Program-made: the position numbers and the translations under genes | DNA from: Bacillota bacterium | Lineage (GTDB): Bacteria > Bacillota > Clostridia > Tissierellales > Sedimentibacteraceae | Assembly (NCBI GenBank): GCA_023386345.1 | Contig: JAEWJT010000004.1 | Coordinates: 318,485 to 382,484 of the forward strand | Reading direction: 5' to 3' | DNA: 64,000 nt | The notes under the pieces: generated by a model | What the model was told of the DNA's origin: nothing | Database searches by the model: none | What the model saw: the letters and a program-made list of their open reading frames with translations, nothing else | Shown: positions 9,243-19,024 of the stretch, in pieces | Position numbering within the stretch: the first letter of the stretch is position 1 | How the letters are laid out: each line of letters starts with the position of its first letter

Positions 9243-9472
9243 GATAATTTGTGAATGCTAATCCATGTTATGGAATTTATATTTTCGTGGAAAACGTTGA
9301 AGGGTTAGCTTTTTAAATTTGCGATTAAATAATTAACGTAAGATTTAAAACTAAAAATAGAAGAAAGGATATGCTCCGAGCCTAAGCTTAAATGCTATAT
9401 GCGTCAAGACGTTAAAAATAGAGGTAAAAAGTAGCTTGGGTTATTATACGAAATCGGTGCATGGTCATTATC
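9243..9472 (+). promoter_or_regulatory. structured glyQS leader RNA of unknown class (no recognisable T-box)
   Basis: About 230 nt between promoter and start. Helices 9256-9263/9301-9308, 9371-9379/9454-9462 and 9380-9388/9433-9441 contain G.U pairs specific to the + strand. Two sequence boxes are repeated at 56203-56277. Confidence 0.45.
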
Positions 9473-10867
9473 ATGGCTAAAAATGAAAAAAATAAATTAG
9501 AAAAATTTGTTGCATTATCCAAATCAAGAGGAATTATATTTCCAGGCTCAGAGATATATGGAGGGCTTGCTAATACATGGGATTATGGACCTCTTGGTGT
9601 TGAAATAAAGAACAATGTAAAAAAAGCTTGGTGGAAGAAATTTGTTCAGGAAAGTCCATATAATGTAGGACTTGACTCTGCTATACTTATGAATCCACAA
9701 ACTTGGGTTGCTTCTGGACATGTCGGTGGATTTAGTGACCCTCTTATGGACTGCAAGGAATGTAAATCAAGATTTAGAGCGGACAAAATAATAGAAGATT
9801 ACCTAAGGGAACAAGGCAAGGATCAATCAGTTGACGGATGGTCAAACGAAAAGATGGAAGAATTCATTAATTCAAATAAAATTGTATGTCCTGAATGTGG
9901 AAAATTAAATTACACAAATATAAGAAAATTTAACCTTATGTTTAAGACCTTCCAAGGTGTAACTGAGGACTCACAAAATGAAATTTATTTAAGACCAGAG
10001 ACAGCACAGGGAATATTTGTTAATTTTAAGAATATTCAAAGAGCTTGCCGTAAAAAAGTACCTTTTGGTATCGGACAAATAGGCAAGTCATTTAGAAACG
10101 AGATTACTCCGGGTAACTTTATCTTTAGAACGAGAGAGTTCGAGCAAATGGAACTTGAGTTTTTCTGTGAGCCAGGAACTGATTTAGAATGGTTTGTATA
10201 TTGGAAAAACTATTGTATGGAATTTTTATACGGTCTTGGTATAATTAAAGAAAATTTAAGATTTAGAGATCACGCAAAAGAGGAATTATCGCATTATAGC
10301 AATGCTACTTCTGATATAGAATATTTATTCCCATTTGGTTGGGGTGAACTTTGGGGTATAGCTGATAGAACTGATTTTGACCTAAATGCGCACGCGAAGG
10401 TATCAGGAGAGAAAATGGAATATCAAGATCCTATAACAAATGCAAAATATGTTCCTTACTGTATTGAGCCTTCCGTTGGTGTTGAAAGAATGATGCTGGC
10501 GATTATGCTTGATTCATATGATGAGGAAGAATTAGAAGATGGAGATATCAGAACTGTTTTACGCCTTCATCCGGCACTAGCTCCATATAAAGTAGCAGTA
10601 TTCCCACTTGTTAAAAAATTAAGTGAGCCTGCAACAGAGCTTTACCAAAAATTACAAAAGCATTTTAATGTAGATTATGATGAAGCAGGAGCTATAGGAA
10701 AGAGATACAGAAGACATGATGAGATTGGTACTCCATTCTGTATAACATTTGATTTTGAGTCATTGGATGATGCCTCTGTTACTGTAAGAGATAGAGATAC
10801 TATGGCACAGGAAAGAGTTAAAATCGATAATTTAGTAGAGTATATAACTAATAAAATAGTTTTTTAA
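9473..10867 (+). CDS. glyQS: glycine--tRNA ligase (class II, alpha2 type)
   Basis: Strong GlyRS sequence ([50 protein letters not shown]). ATG 9473 is preferred; an in-frame ATG at 9461 is also possible. Confidence 0.95.
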   Translation: MAKNEKNKLEKFVALSKSRGIIFPGSEIYGGLANTWDYGPLGVEIKNNVKKAWWKKFVQESPYNVGLDSAILMNPQTWVASGHVGGFSDPLMDCKECKSRFRADKIIEDYLREQGKDQSVDGWSNEKMEEFINSNKIVCPECGKLNYTNIRKFNLMFKTFQGVTEDSQNEIYLRPETAQGIFVNFKNIQRACRKKVPFGIGQIGKSFRNEITPGNFIFRTREFEQMELEFFCEPGTDLEWFVYWKNYCMEFLYGLGIIKENLRFRDHAKEELSHYSNATSDIEYLFPFGWGELWGIADRTDFDLNAHAKVSGEKMEYQDPITNAKYVPYCIEPSVGVERMMLAIMLDSYDEEELEDGDIRTVLRLHPALAPYKVAVFPLVKKLSEPATELYQKLQKHFNVDYDEAGAIGKRYRRHDEIGTPFCITFDFESLDDASVTVRDRDTMAQERVKIDNLVEYITNKIVF

Positions 10868-10956
10868 ACTATTTTATTAGTTTAAAAGAAATTGGTTTTT
10901 AAATTTATAAATAATGATTTATTTTATTAACAATACTCTATTAAGAAAGGGGTTTT

Positions 10957-11577
10957 ATTATTAAATTATCAAACAGACAAGAGCAAATAATTAAAATTAT
11001 TAAAGAAAACCAACCAATAACAGGCGAGGCAATAGCAGACAAGATAGGTCTTACGAGGGCAACTCTAAGACCTGATTTGGCTATTTTATCTATGTGCAAA
11101 ATTATTAGTGCAAAGCCAAAGGTTGGTTATTTTTTATATGAAGGAAGTGTAAACGAAGGCATAATAGATAGACTGGCAAGCATTAAATTGTCAGACATAA
11201 AATCAATGCCTATAGTAGTTAGTGAGTCAACGAGTATATATGATTCGATTGCGATGATTTTTTTAGAGAATGTTGGAACTTTATTTGTTGTTGAAGATAA
11301 AATTCTAAAAGGTATTGTGTCGAGAAAGGATTTACTAAAGGTGACTATGGGAGGCGGAGATTTAAGCACAATGCCTATAGGTGTTGTAATGACGAGAGTA
11401 ACAAAGGCTGTATACTGCACAGAGGATGAAAGTATAATAGATGCTGCAGAGAAAATTATAGAGCATGATATAGACTGTGTACCTATAATAGAATTTGACG
11501 ATAAAAACAGAATGATATTGACTGGGAGAGTATCAAAAACTAACGTAACAAAGGTTATGCTCGATTTAGTTAAATAA
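10957..11577 (+). CDS. ccpN: CcpN-like transcriptional repressor (HTH plus CBS pair) with an apparent ATT start
   Basis: The frame is open from 10945. It encodes ..KLSNRQEQIIKIIKENQPITGEAIADKIGLTRATLRPDLAILSM, homologous to the B. subtilis CcpN N-terminal HTH. There is no ATG/GTG/TTG in frame before TTG 11077. AAAGGGG RBS at 10946-10952 precedes ATT 10957/10960. It is followed by yqfL as in B. subtilis. Confidence 0.75.
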   Translation: MIKLSNRQEQIIKIIKENQPITGEAIADKIGLTRATLRPDLAILSMCKIISAKPKVGYFLYEGSVNEGIIDRLASIKLSDIKSMPIVVSESTSIYDSIAMIFLENVGTLFVVEDKILKGIVSRKDLLKVTMGGGDLSTMPIGVVMTRVTKAVYCTEDESIIDAAEKIIEHDIDCVPIIEFDDKNRMILTGRVSKTNVTKVMLDLVK

Positions 11578-11671
11578 AATTTAATTAATTTTTAATAAAT
11601 ATACGATATATAAAGAGCTTGTATAACAAATTGAGTTACAAGCTGTTGTTTAAGAGAGGAATGTAATATTA

Positions 11672-12490
11672 ATGGAAGTAATGAATATATATGCGGTATC
11701 GGATTCGATAGGTGAAACTGCTGAGCTTGTGGCACAGGCTGTCAGTAAGCAATTCGATATTGTCGATTTTGAAATAAAAATTATTCCCTATGTCAGTGAT
11801 ATAGCAATTATTGATAAAATTGTTGACAAGGCAAAACAGGAGAACGCTATAATAGTTTTTACGATAATAATAGAGGAAATTAGAAACTATTTAGTAAAAA
11901 GAGCAGAAGAAAGTGGTATAGTTGCTGTAGATGTCATGACACCAGTACTTATACAAATTGTCAATAAGCTTGGACTTTCTCCTAGGAGAGAGCCGGGATT
12001 ACTTAGAAAAATGGATGACAAATACTTTAAGAAGGTAGAGGCTGTTGAATTTGCAGTTAAATATGATGATGGCAAGGATACAAGAGGGATAATGCTTGCT
12101 GATATTGTTCTTATCGGCATATCGAGATCATCAAAAACACCTTTAAGTATGTATTTAGCACATAAAAACATTAAGGTTGCAAATGTTCCTTTAGTACCTG
12201 AAGTTGAGTTGCCAGAAGAACTATTTTGTATATCAAAGGATAAGATAATAGGGCTTAGTATTGACCCAGAGCAATTAATTAGAATTAGAAAAGAAAGACT
12301 TAAATCTCTTGGACTCAAAGATACGGCTAATTATGCAAATATAGAAAGAATTATAGAAGAGGTAAGCTATTCTAATAAGGTTATGGAGAGAATAGGATGC
12401 AGAGTTATAGATACTACTAATAAAGCAGTAGAGGAAATAGCTTCAATAATTTTAGAAGATAGCTTAGATATACCAAGCTTTGAAATATAG
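11672..12490 (+). CDS. yqfL: pyruvate phosphate dikinase/PEP synthase regulatory kinase-phosphorylase (DUF299, YqfL)
   Basis: P-loop-like GISRSSKTPLSMYLA. 272 aa. Conserved partner of ccpN. Confidence 0.9.
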   Translation: MEVMNIYAVSDSIGETAELVAQAVSKQFDIVDFEIKIIPYVSDIAIIDKIVDKAKQENAIIVFTIIIEEIRNYLVKRAEESGIVAVDVMTPVLIQIVNKLGLSPRREPGLLRKMDDKYFKKVEAVEFAVKYDDGKDTRGIMLADIVLIGISRSSKTPLSMYLAHKNIKVANVPLVPEVELPEELFCISKDKIIGLSIDPEQLIRIRKERLKSLGLKDTANYANIERIIEEVSYSNKVMERIGCRVIDTTNKAVEEIASIILEDSLDIPSFEI

Positions 12491-12587
12491 AATAATAAAA
12501 TTTAATTATTTTTGAGATACATAATCTAAAATTGCACTTTAATTTTAATATTTAAAGTAGTCAATTGATATAAACCAGGGGGTCACT

Positions 12588-13604
12588 ATGAGTTTTAGAG
12601 AAGTTTATGAGGAGTTAGAAATTAACAATTTGTCACAAGAAGCTGCAAAAAGCAGATTTAGCCTTGGCAGAGACTCTATTGAGAAAAAATGTGATTTAAG
12701 AACAGAGTATCAGCGGGACAGAGACAGAATAATTCATTCAAAGGCGTTTAGGAGATTAATGCATAAAACGCAGGTTTTTTTATCGCCAGAGGGAGACCAT
12801 TACAGAACGAGACTTACTCATACGCTAGAAGTATCTCAAATTTCAAGAACAATTGCAAGGGCTATGCGCTTAAACGAAGACCTGACAGAAGCTATAGCTT
12901 TAGGTCATGATTTGGGACATACTCCCTTTGGACACTGTGGAGAAAGAACGCTCAATAAATTAATTAAAGGTGGATTTAGGCATAATGAACAGAGTCTGAG
13001 AGTTGTAGAAGTATTAGAAACAAAGGATAATCAACAACATGGCTTAAATTTAACCAAAGAGGTAAGAGATGGTATAGTAAATCACACTGGTAATAAAAAA
13101 CCAATGACGCTAGAGGGAGAGGCTGTTAAGGTTTCAGATAGAATAGCCTATATAAACCATGATATAGATGATGCAATAAGAGCCAATATAATAAGATTAG
13201 AACAAATCCCGAAAAAATATCTGGAGCTTATTGGTTTTACTCATGGTCAAAGAATTAATACCATGATTATCAATATAATAAATAACAGCAAGGACATGAA
13301 ATCAGTCAGAATGAGCGATGATATGCTAGAAGCAACGTTAGAGCTAAGACAATTTTTATTTGAAAATATTTATTTTAATAAGGTGGCTAAATCAGAAGAG
13401 CATAAGGCAGAATTTTTAGTAGAAAATTTATACAAGTATTATATGAGTAATTTTGATAAAGTGCCAAGATTTTATCTTGACTTATATGAAAAATTTGATT
13501 TTACAGAGGAAGAGATAGTAAAGGATTATATTTCAGGAATGACAGATAGATATGCAATAAAATTATTCAAGGAGATATTTGTACCATTACCATGGGATAA
13601 ATAA
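12588..13604 (+). CDS. dGTP triphosphohydrolase-like HD-domain protein
   Basis: RDRIIHSKAFRRLMHKTQVF, RLTHTLEVSQ, GHDLGHTPFGH: dGTPase family motifs. Confidence 0.9.
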   Translation: MSFREVYEELEINNLSQEAAKSRFSLGRDSIEKKCDLRTEYQRDRDRIIHSKAFRRLMHKTQVFLSPEGDHYRTRLTHTLEVSQISRTIARAMRLNEDLTEAIALGHDLGHTPFGHCGERTLNKLIKGGFRHNEQSLRVVEVLETKDNQQHGLNLTKEVRDGIVNHTGNKKPMTLEGEAVKVSDRIAYINHDIDDAIRANIIRLEQIPKKYLELIGFTHGQRINTMIINIINNSKDMKSVRMSDDMLEATLELRQFLFENIYFNKVAKSEEHKAEFLVENLYKYYMSNFDKVPRFYLDLYEKFDFTEEEIVKDYISGMTDRYAIKLFKEIFVPLPWDK

Positions 13605-13655
13605 TATTTTAACATTATTACCAAAATATACCTTTTTTAAATTTAACAAATTTTA

Positions 13656-13684
13656 TTGACATTAAATATCACATATGCTATTAT
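13656..13684 (+). promoter_or_regulatory. sigmaA-type promoter upstream of dnaG-sigA
   Basis: TTGACA 13656-13661, 17-nt spacer, TATTAT 13679-13684. Confidence 0.55.
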
Positions 13685-13765
13685 AGTTTATTAATGTATG
13701 TGCTGATTTAGTGTGAGAAAAATATTTTTCACAGAGCGCAGCCTCTAATAAAGGGGTGTAATCAT

Positions 13766-15568
13766 ATGCTTTTGAACATAACTGAAGAGAAAAAGCAACA
13801 AATAATTGAATCAAATGATATTGTAGATGTTATAGAAGAGTTTTTACCATTAAAGAAAAATGGGACAAATTATAAGACAAATTGCCCTTTTCATAATGAA
13901 AAAACACCTTCTTTTGTTGTGTCAAGAGATAAGCAAATATATCGCTGTTTTGGCTGTGGTAAAAGCGGAAATGCTATAACATTTTTAATGGAATATAAGA
14001 ATTTGACCTTTATTGAATCTGTAGAATATTTGGCAAGGAGAGTTAATATTAGCTTAGATTATATTGAAACTAACAAACAAACTATAGAGAAAAACAACTT
14101 ACTTAAAAGATTATATGAGATAAATATAGAGGCGGCAAGACTATTTTATAAAGGCTTATCCGCTAATGAAACAGCTCTTAGGTATCTTCAAAAAAGAAAT
14201 ATTGACAAAAATATAATAAAAAAATTTGGAATTGGTTATACTGTAAATCAATGGGATAATTTATTAACATATTTAAAGAATAAAGGCTATAAAGAAGAAG
14301 AAATTGTAAAGACTGGCTTAATAATAAAAAGAGAAAAGAAAGATGGATATTATGACAGATTTAGAAACAGAATTATGTTTCCTATATTTGACATAAAGAA
14401 AAACATCATAGGCTTTGGTGGACGAGTGCTGGATGATTCTTTGCCTAAATATTTAAATTCACCAGATAGTTTAGTTTTTAATAAGGGTTATAATTTATAT
14501 GGATTAAATATCGCAAAGGAAAATGTAAAGGATAAAAGCTTTTACTTAGTTGAGGGCTATATGGATGTTATTAAGATGCACTCACATAGCTTTGATACAG
14601 CAGTTGCAGCACTTGGAACTTCCTTAACAGATAATCAAATAAAGCTATTAAAAAGATATTCAAATAAATTTTATATTTGCTTTGACTCTGATCAGGCAGG
14701 CTTAAAGGCATCACTTAGAGCCTTGAATATGTTTAAAAGCAACAATTTGGATGCCAAGGTTATAATTATAAAGGATGCAAAAGATCCAGATGAATTTTTA
14801 AATAAATTTGGAAAGATGAAATTTGAAATGCTCTCTGAGGAGGCACTTGATTACTACGGCTTTCTTGAGTTTTATTATAAGGAGGAATTTGATTTATCAA
14901 ATAAGGTGAGTTATATTAATAAATTTTTTGATAACTTATCAAATATTAAAAGTGATATAGAAAAAGAGCTTATAATCGAAAAATTGTCTTTTAAAGTTGG
15001 AGTGTCTAAAGAATCATTGATAAATGAATTTAGAAGAAAATATGAGAAAAAAAGTACAAATACTTCGGAAATAAGTAAAAAACCTATTAGAACCTTTAAT
15101 ATTGAGAAGCCCAAAATACGTGTTTCGCACGAGGAGGAGTTGCTAAAGCTTATCTTAAAAGAGAATAAACTGGCACTTTTATTAAATCAGATTGTTTGTG
15201 ATGAGGATTTTAGGGAATATATTTATATAGAATTCTTTGAAATTCTTTATCAATTGGTACTTAATAGTGGACAATTAACAAAAGAAGATCTGTACAGACT
15301 TATCCAGGAACACAATGAACTTAGACCTGAAAAAATTGAATTTATAATGGATAATATATTTACGGATATGGACTTAGATGAAAATAGTATAAAAATAGTG
15401 TTTCATGACTGCTTTAAGCTTTTTAAAATTAAGTATTTAGAACAGCTTAGAACAGCTAAGAATAAAGAGATGTCTAAAATTAATGACGAAGAAATGCAAA
15501 GGGAAATTATGAACGAAAGTATAAGATTAGCTAAAAAGATAAAGTCATTAAAAGAGGAGGTTAATTAA
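13766..15568 (+). CDS. dnaG: DNA primase
   Basis: Zinc ribbon CPFHNEKTPSFVVSRDKQIYRCFGCGKSGN. TOPRIM EGYMDV...DSD. Confidence 0.97.
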   Translation: MLLNITEEKKQQIIESNDIVDVIEEFLPLKKNGTNYKTNCPFHNEKTPSFVVSRDKQIYRCFGCGKSGNAITFLMEYKNLTFIESVEYLARRVNISLDYIETNKQTIEKNNLLKRLYEINIEAARLFYKGLSANETALRYLQKRNIDKNIIKKFGIGYTVNQWDNLLTYLKNKGYKEEEIVKTGLIIKREKKDGYYDRFRNRIMFPIFDIKKNIIGFGGRVLDDSLPKYLNSPDSLVFNKGYNLYGLNIAKENVKDKSFYLVEGYMDVIKMHSHSFDTAVAALGTSLTDNQIKLLKRYSNKFYICFDSDQAGLKASLRALNMFKSNNLDAKVIIIKDAKDPDEFLNKFGKMKFEMLSEEALDYYGFLEFYYKEEFDLSNKVSYINKFFDNLSNIKSDIEKELIIEKLSFKVGVSKESLINEFRRKYEKKSTNTSEISKKPIRTFNIEKPKIRVSHEEELLKLILKENKLALLLNQIVCDEDFREYIYIEFFEILYQLVLNSGQLTKEDLYRLIQEHNELRPEKIEFIMDNIFTDMDLDENSIKIVFHDCFKLFKIKYLEQLRTAKNKEMSKINDEEMQREIMNESIRLAKKIKSLKEEVN

Positions 15569-15571
15569 CCT

Positions 15572-16750
15572 GTGAAAGAGAATGATGTAATTAACGAGTC
15601 ATCAATGAGTATGGATGAAAAAAAGCAATTAGAAAATGCAGCAAAAATTGAAACCGTCAAAACCAGTTTGATTGAGAAAGGAAAAAAGAATGGTTTTATT
15701 TCCTATAAGGAAATAGTGAAGTCCTTTGAGAAGATGGAAATCAACCCTGAGTTTATTGATGATTTTTACAAGGTAATAGAAGAAAATGATATTGAAATTC
15801 TAGGTCTTCAAGATGATATGCTTGAAAAATTTGAAGACGAATTGGATGTAGACATTGATTTAAAAGACGACCCTGATTTTTTGATTGCTCAAAGTGATGA
15901 TGATATCCTAAAGGGTATCAATATTGACGATCCTGTAAGAATGTATTTGAAGGAAATTGGTAAAGTTCCTCTATTGTCAAGTACAGAAGAGATTAAACTT
16001 GCAAAAAGAATGGAGACTGGGGACGAGGAAGCTAAAAAAAGATTGGCAGAAGCAAACCTTAGACTTGTAGTTAGTATCGCAAAAAGATATGTTGGAAGAG
16101 GAATGCAATTCTTAGACCTTATCCAAGAGGGTAATTTAGGTTTGATTAAAGCAGTTGAAAAATTCGACTATATTAAGGGATATAAGTTTAGTACCTATGC
16201 TACATGGTGGATTAGACAGGCTATAACAAGAGCTATAGCAGACCAAGCGAGAACTATAAGAATTCCAGTTCATATGGTAGAGACTATAAATAAATTAATA
16301 AGAGTTAAAAGACAGCTTTTGCAAGAGCTAGGAAGAGATGCAACTCCAGATGAAATAGCAGTAGAGATGGAAATGGAGCCTGAAAAAATTAGAGATATAC
16401 TTAAAATTGCTCAAGAGCCTGTTTCTTTAGAAACTCCTATAGGAGAAGAAGAGGACAGTCATTTAGGTGATTTCATACAAGACGAGATAGTGCAAGCACC
16501 ACAGGATGCAGCAACATTTGCGCTTTTGAAGGACCAGCTATCAGTAGTTCTTCATACGCTTACTGACAGAGAGCAAAAAGTTCTGAGACTTAGATTTGGA
16601 CTAGATGATGGCAGAGCAAGAACTTTGGAAGAAGTTGGAAAAGAGTTTGATGTAACTCGTGAAAGAATTAGACAGATAGAGGCAAAAGCTCTAAGAAAGC
16701 TAAGACACCCAAGCAGAAGTAAAAAGTTAAAAGATTATTTAGAGTTATAA
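15572..16750 (+). CDS. sigA: primary RNA polymerase sigma factor
   Basis: GTG start 3 nt after dnaG. Regions 2-4 are nearly invariant ([39 protein letters not shown]). Confidence 0.97.
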   Translation: MKENDVINESSMSMDEKKQLENAAKIETVKTSLIEKGKKNGFISYKEIVKSFEKMEINPEFIDDFYKVIEENDIEILGLQDDMLEKFEDELDVDIDLKDDPDFLIAQSDDDILKGINIDDPVRMYLKEIGKVPLLSSTEEIKLAKRMETGDEEAKKRLAEANLRLVVSIAKRYVGRGMQFLDLIQEGNLGLIKAVEKFDYIKGYKFSTYATWWIRQAITRAIADQARTIRIPVHMVETINKLIRVKRQLLQELGRDATPDEIAVEMEMEPEKIRDILKIAQEPVSLETPIGEEEDSHLGDFIQDEIVQAPQDAATFALLKDQLSVVLHTLTDREQKVLRLRFGLDDGRARTLEEVGKEFDVTRERIRQIEAKALRKLRHPSRSKKLKDYLEL

Positions 16751-16756
16751 AATAAA

Positions 16757-16781
16757 GGCGAACTACGTTCGCCTATTTTTA
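16757..16781 (+). terminator. Rho-independent terminator after sigA
   Basis: GGCGAAC-tac-GTTCGCC followed by TATTTTTA. Confidence 0.8.
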
Positions 16782-16822
16782 TCAAATAGGAAAGTTCACT
16801 TTTTATACAGAATGGAGTATAT

Positions 16823-17515
16823 ATGAACAGATTAGAGGCAATAGCTTCACTTATAGATAAATGCGAGACCTTGGCTGATATAGGTACTGACCATGGATAT
16901 ATTGCAGAAATGGCACTTAAAGATAATTTATGCAGGAAAGTGATAGCAACAGATATTAACAAAGGACCTTTAAAAAGTGCTGTAAATCATTTAACAAAAA
17001 TAGGATTTAGTAATCTAGTGGATTTTAGACTAGGCTCAGGTTTAACTGTGATAAATGAAAATGAGGTAGATTGTGCAGTAATTGCAGGTATGGGCGGGGA
17101 GCTTATAGCAAAAATATTAGAAGAATCAAAAAATATATCAAAAAGCATAAATTCATTTGTATTACAAGCGATGACAAATGTAGATGTTCTAAGAAAATAC
17201 TTATATGATAACGGATATACAATATCAGAAGAAATAATAGTAAAGGAATTACACCATTATTATTTTATAATAAAGGCAGTTAATAAGACTTCAATCTGTG
17301 AAGATGATATATATTATGAAATAAGTAAATATTTGTTTGATAAAAAGGACAATTTGCTTTTAGAATTTATTAAAAAAACTATAGAAGTAAATAATAAAAT
17401 TTTAATAAACTTAAATAATTCAACAAAACAAGATAATTCATTAAAAATAGATGAGTTGAAAAATAAAAATTTAAAATTAAATAAGTTAATATTAGAATAT
17501 GATGTTAATATTTGA
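16823..17515 (+). CDS. trmK: tRNA (adenine22-N1)-methyltransferase TrmK (YqfN)
   Basis: LADIGTDHGYI...ATDINKGPL motifs. It follows sigA as in B. subtilis. Confidence 0.85.
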   Translation: MNRLEAIASLIDKCETLADIGTDHGYIAEMALKDNLCRKVIATDINKGPLKSAVNHLTKIGFSNLVDFRLGSGLTVINENEVDCAVIAGMGGELIAKILEESKNISKSINSFVLQAMTNVDVLRKYLYDNGYTISEEIIVKELHHYYFIIKAVNKTSICEDDIYYEISKYLFDKKDNLLLEFIKKTIEVNNKILINLNNSTKQDNSLKIDELKNKNLKLNKLILEYDVNI

Positions 17516-17537
17516 TTAAAAATCTAATAAAATAAAT

Positions 17538-17566
17538 TTGACAAGTACAAATTTTTATTGTAAAAT
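17538..17566 (+). promoter_or_regulatory. sigmaA-type promoter for rnpB
   Basis: TTGACA 17538-17543, 17-nt spacer, TAAAAT 17561-17566. The predicted start falls at the first nucleotides of the P1 helix. Confidence 0.65.
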
Positions 17567-17573
17567 ACATATT

Positions 17574-17909
17574 AGAGTAAATCATACAATCGCAGGTCAA
17601 GAAATTGACGTGAGGAAAGTCTGGGCTCCATAGGGCGAGGGTGCTAGCTAACGGCTAGTGAGGGTGACCTTAAGGAAAGTGCAACAGAAATAAACCGCCT
17701 GAAAAGGTAAGGATGAAAAGGTGAGGTAAGAGCTCACCAGCAATTAGGCGACTAATTGGCTGTGTAAACCCCATCCGGAGCAAGACCAAGAGAGGATTTT
17801 GGAGTGGCTGCCCGTCACAATCCAGTAGGTAGGTCGCTAAAGCTTATTGGTGACAATAAGCGTAGATAGATGATTGTTTAATACAGAACCCGGCTTATGA
17901 ACTTACTCT
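17574..17909 (+). ncRNA. rnpB: RNase P RNA, bacterial type A-like
   Basis: Universal blocks GAGGAAAGTCTGGGCTCC, AAGGAAAGTGCAACAGAAA, ACAGAACCCGGCTTAT. P1 pairs AGAGTAA..(17574-) with ..TTACTCT (-17909). Confidence 0.95.
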
Positions 17910-17944
17910 ATTTTTTGAAATAAAAATGAATATATAATATAAAA

Positions 17945-17985
17945 AATAAAAATTTTGCTTTTATAGCAAAATTTTTATTTTTTTA
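17945..17985 (+). terminator. Rho-independent terminator downstream of rnpB
   Basis: 14-bp stem AATAAAAATTTTGC / GCAAAATTTTTATT with a T-run at 17980-17985. Confidence 0.65.
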
Positions 17986-18068
17986 AAACTTTTTATCATA
18001 TTAATTTGTCTAATAAGTGCTAGCAAAAAATAAGCGATAATTTGCTTATAAATATGAGGAGACAGATT

Positions 18069-18971
18069 ATGAGTACAAAATTAAACACAAAATTTTTAGA
18101 GCTTGAAACTAATAAAAAATATAAAAAACCAAGAAAAGCTATAAAAATTATTATTTCAATAGTAATTTTATTTATATTTTCAGTTGTTATTGTAAAGTAT
18201 ATTAATGAAAAATCAGATAAAGATGAAGTCAGTGTAAATTCAGAAAAACCAGGCAATATTGATGTTTCAGATAATGAAACTATAGAGAACAATAACACTG
18301 ATATTAAAATTATAGAAAAGAACGATGATAAAGAGTCAGTTGAATATAATCCTATAGTTCAAGAGAGCGAAATTGTTTTAGACGATTTCTTCAATGATGC
18401 GGTTTTCATAGGTGATTCAAGAACAGAAGGATTTATTATATCTAATAGCTTGTCAAATGCAAAGTCATTAACTGTTAAAGGATTAATGGTTGATACAGCA
18501 TTTACAAGACCAGCTATAAATATGAATGGTGAAAAATTAACTGTTACGAAAGCATTGTCAAATTTAAAATTTAAAAAAGTCTATATTATGTTAGGTGTTA
18601 ATGAGTTAGGTTGGGCATATGAAGAAATTTTTATCAAAAAATATGCTGAGTTGATAGATTATGTTAAGAATTTAAATAGTGAAGCTCAAATATATATTCA
18701 GTCGATTATCCCAGTTAGTTATGAAAAATCATCCTCAGATAAAATTTATAATAACAAAAATATAAATAATTTTAATAAGTTGATTTTAAAAATGACTAAA
18801 GAAAAGCAAGTATATTATGTTAATGTTGAAGAATGCTTAAAGGATGAAGAAGGTAATTTGCCAGCAGGAGCTTCAACAGACGGCGTACACTTAAAAAAGG
18901 AATATAGTAAAAAATGGTATGAGTATTTGAAAACACATACTGTACAAGATAAAGTTGAAAAAAACGATTGA
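18069..18971 (+). CDS. membrane-anchored SGNH/GDSL-family hydrolase
   Basis: ATG 18069 follows GAGGAG. N-terminal TM segment. Block I FIGDSRTEG, block III GVNELG, block V DGVHL. Confidence 0.8.
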   Translation: MSTKLNTKFLELETNKKYKKPRKAIKIIISIVILFIFSVVIVKYINEKSDKDEVSVNSEKPGNIDVSDNETIENNNTDIKIIEKNDDKESVEYNPIVQESEIVLDDFFNDAVFIGDSRTEGFIISNSLSNAKSLTVKGLMVDTAFTRPAINMNGEKLTVTKALSNLKFKKVYIMLGVNELGWAYEEIFIKKYAELIDYVKNLNSEAQIYIQSIIPVSYEKSSSDKIYNNKNINNFNKLILKMTKEKQVYYVNVEECLKDEEGNLPAGASTDGVHLKKEYSKKWYEYLKTHTVQDKVEKND

Positions 18972-19024
18972 GATAAAATAACTTAGATAATTATCCAAAT
19001 CAATAGTGTTTAGGAGCTAATTAA

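Noticed and set aside
9371-9385. Mini-ORFs starting at the ATG inside the 5' box, considered as leader peptides (ATG CTC CGA GCC TAA here; a 13-codon ORF at 56212-56253).
   Set aside because: The purine-rich AGAAAGGA lies only 1-2 nt from the ATG, too close for an SD. The two peptides share no length or sequence beyond the box itself. RNA-level conservation is the simpler reading.
9243-9460. A T-box riboswitch upstream of glyQS, as expected from the B. subtilis paradigm.
   Set aside because: I could not find the conserved T-box sequence (GGGTGGTACCGCG-like), a Stem I with AG bulge and distal-loop motifs, or a terminator with a T-run. I therefore left it as a leader of unknown class. This needs a cmsearch to be certain.
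11077-11079. TTG 11077 (ccpN) and ATG 50162 (aroH) as the true starts, as given in the ORF track.
   Set aside because: Both would delete conserved N-terminal segments that are clearly encoded in frame upstream: the HTH of CcpN and the IRGA(I/T)T active-site segment of AroH. Each upstream segment has its own RBS next to an ATT codon.
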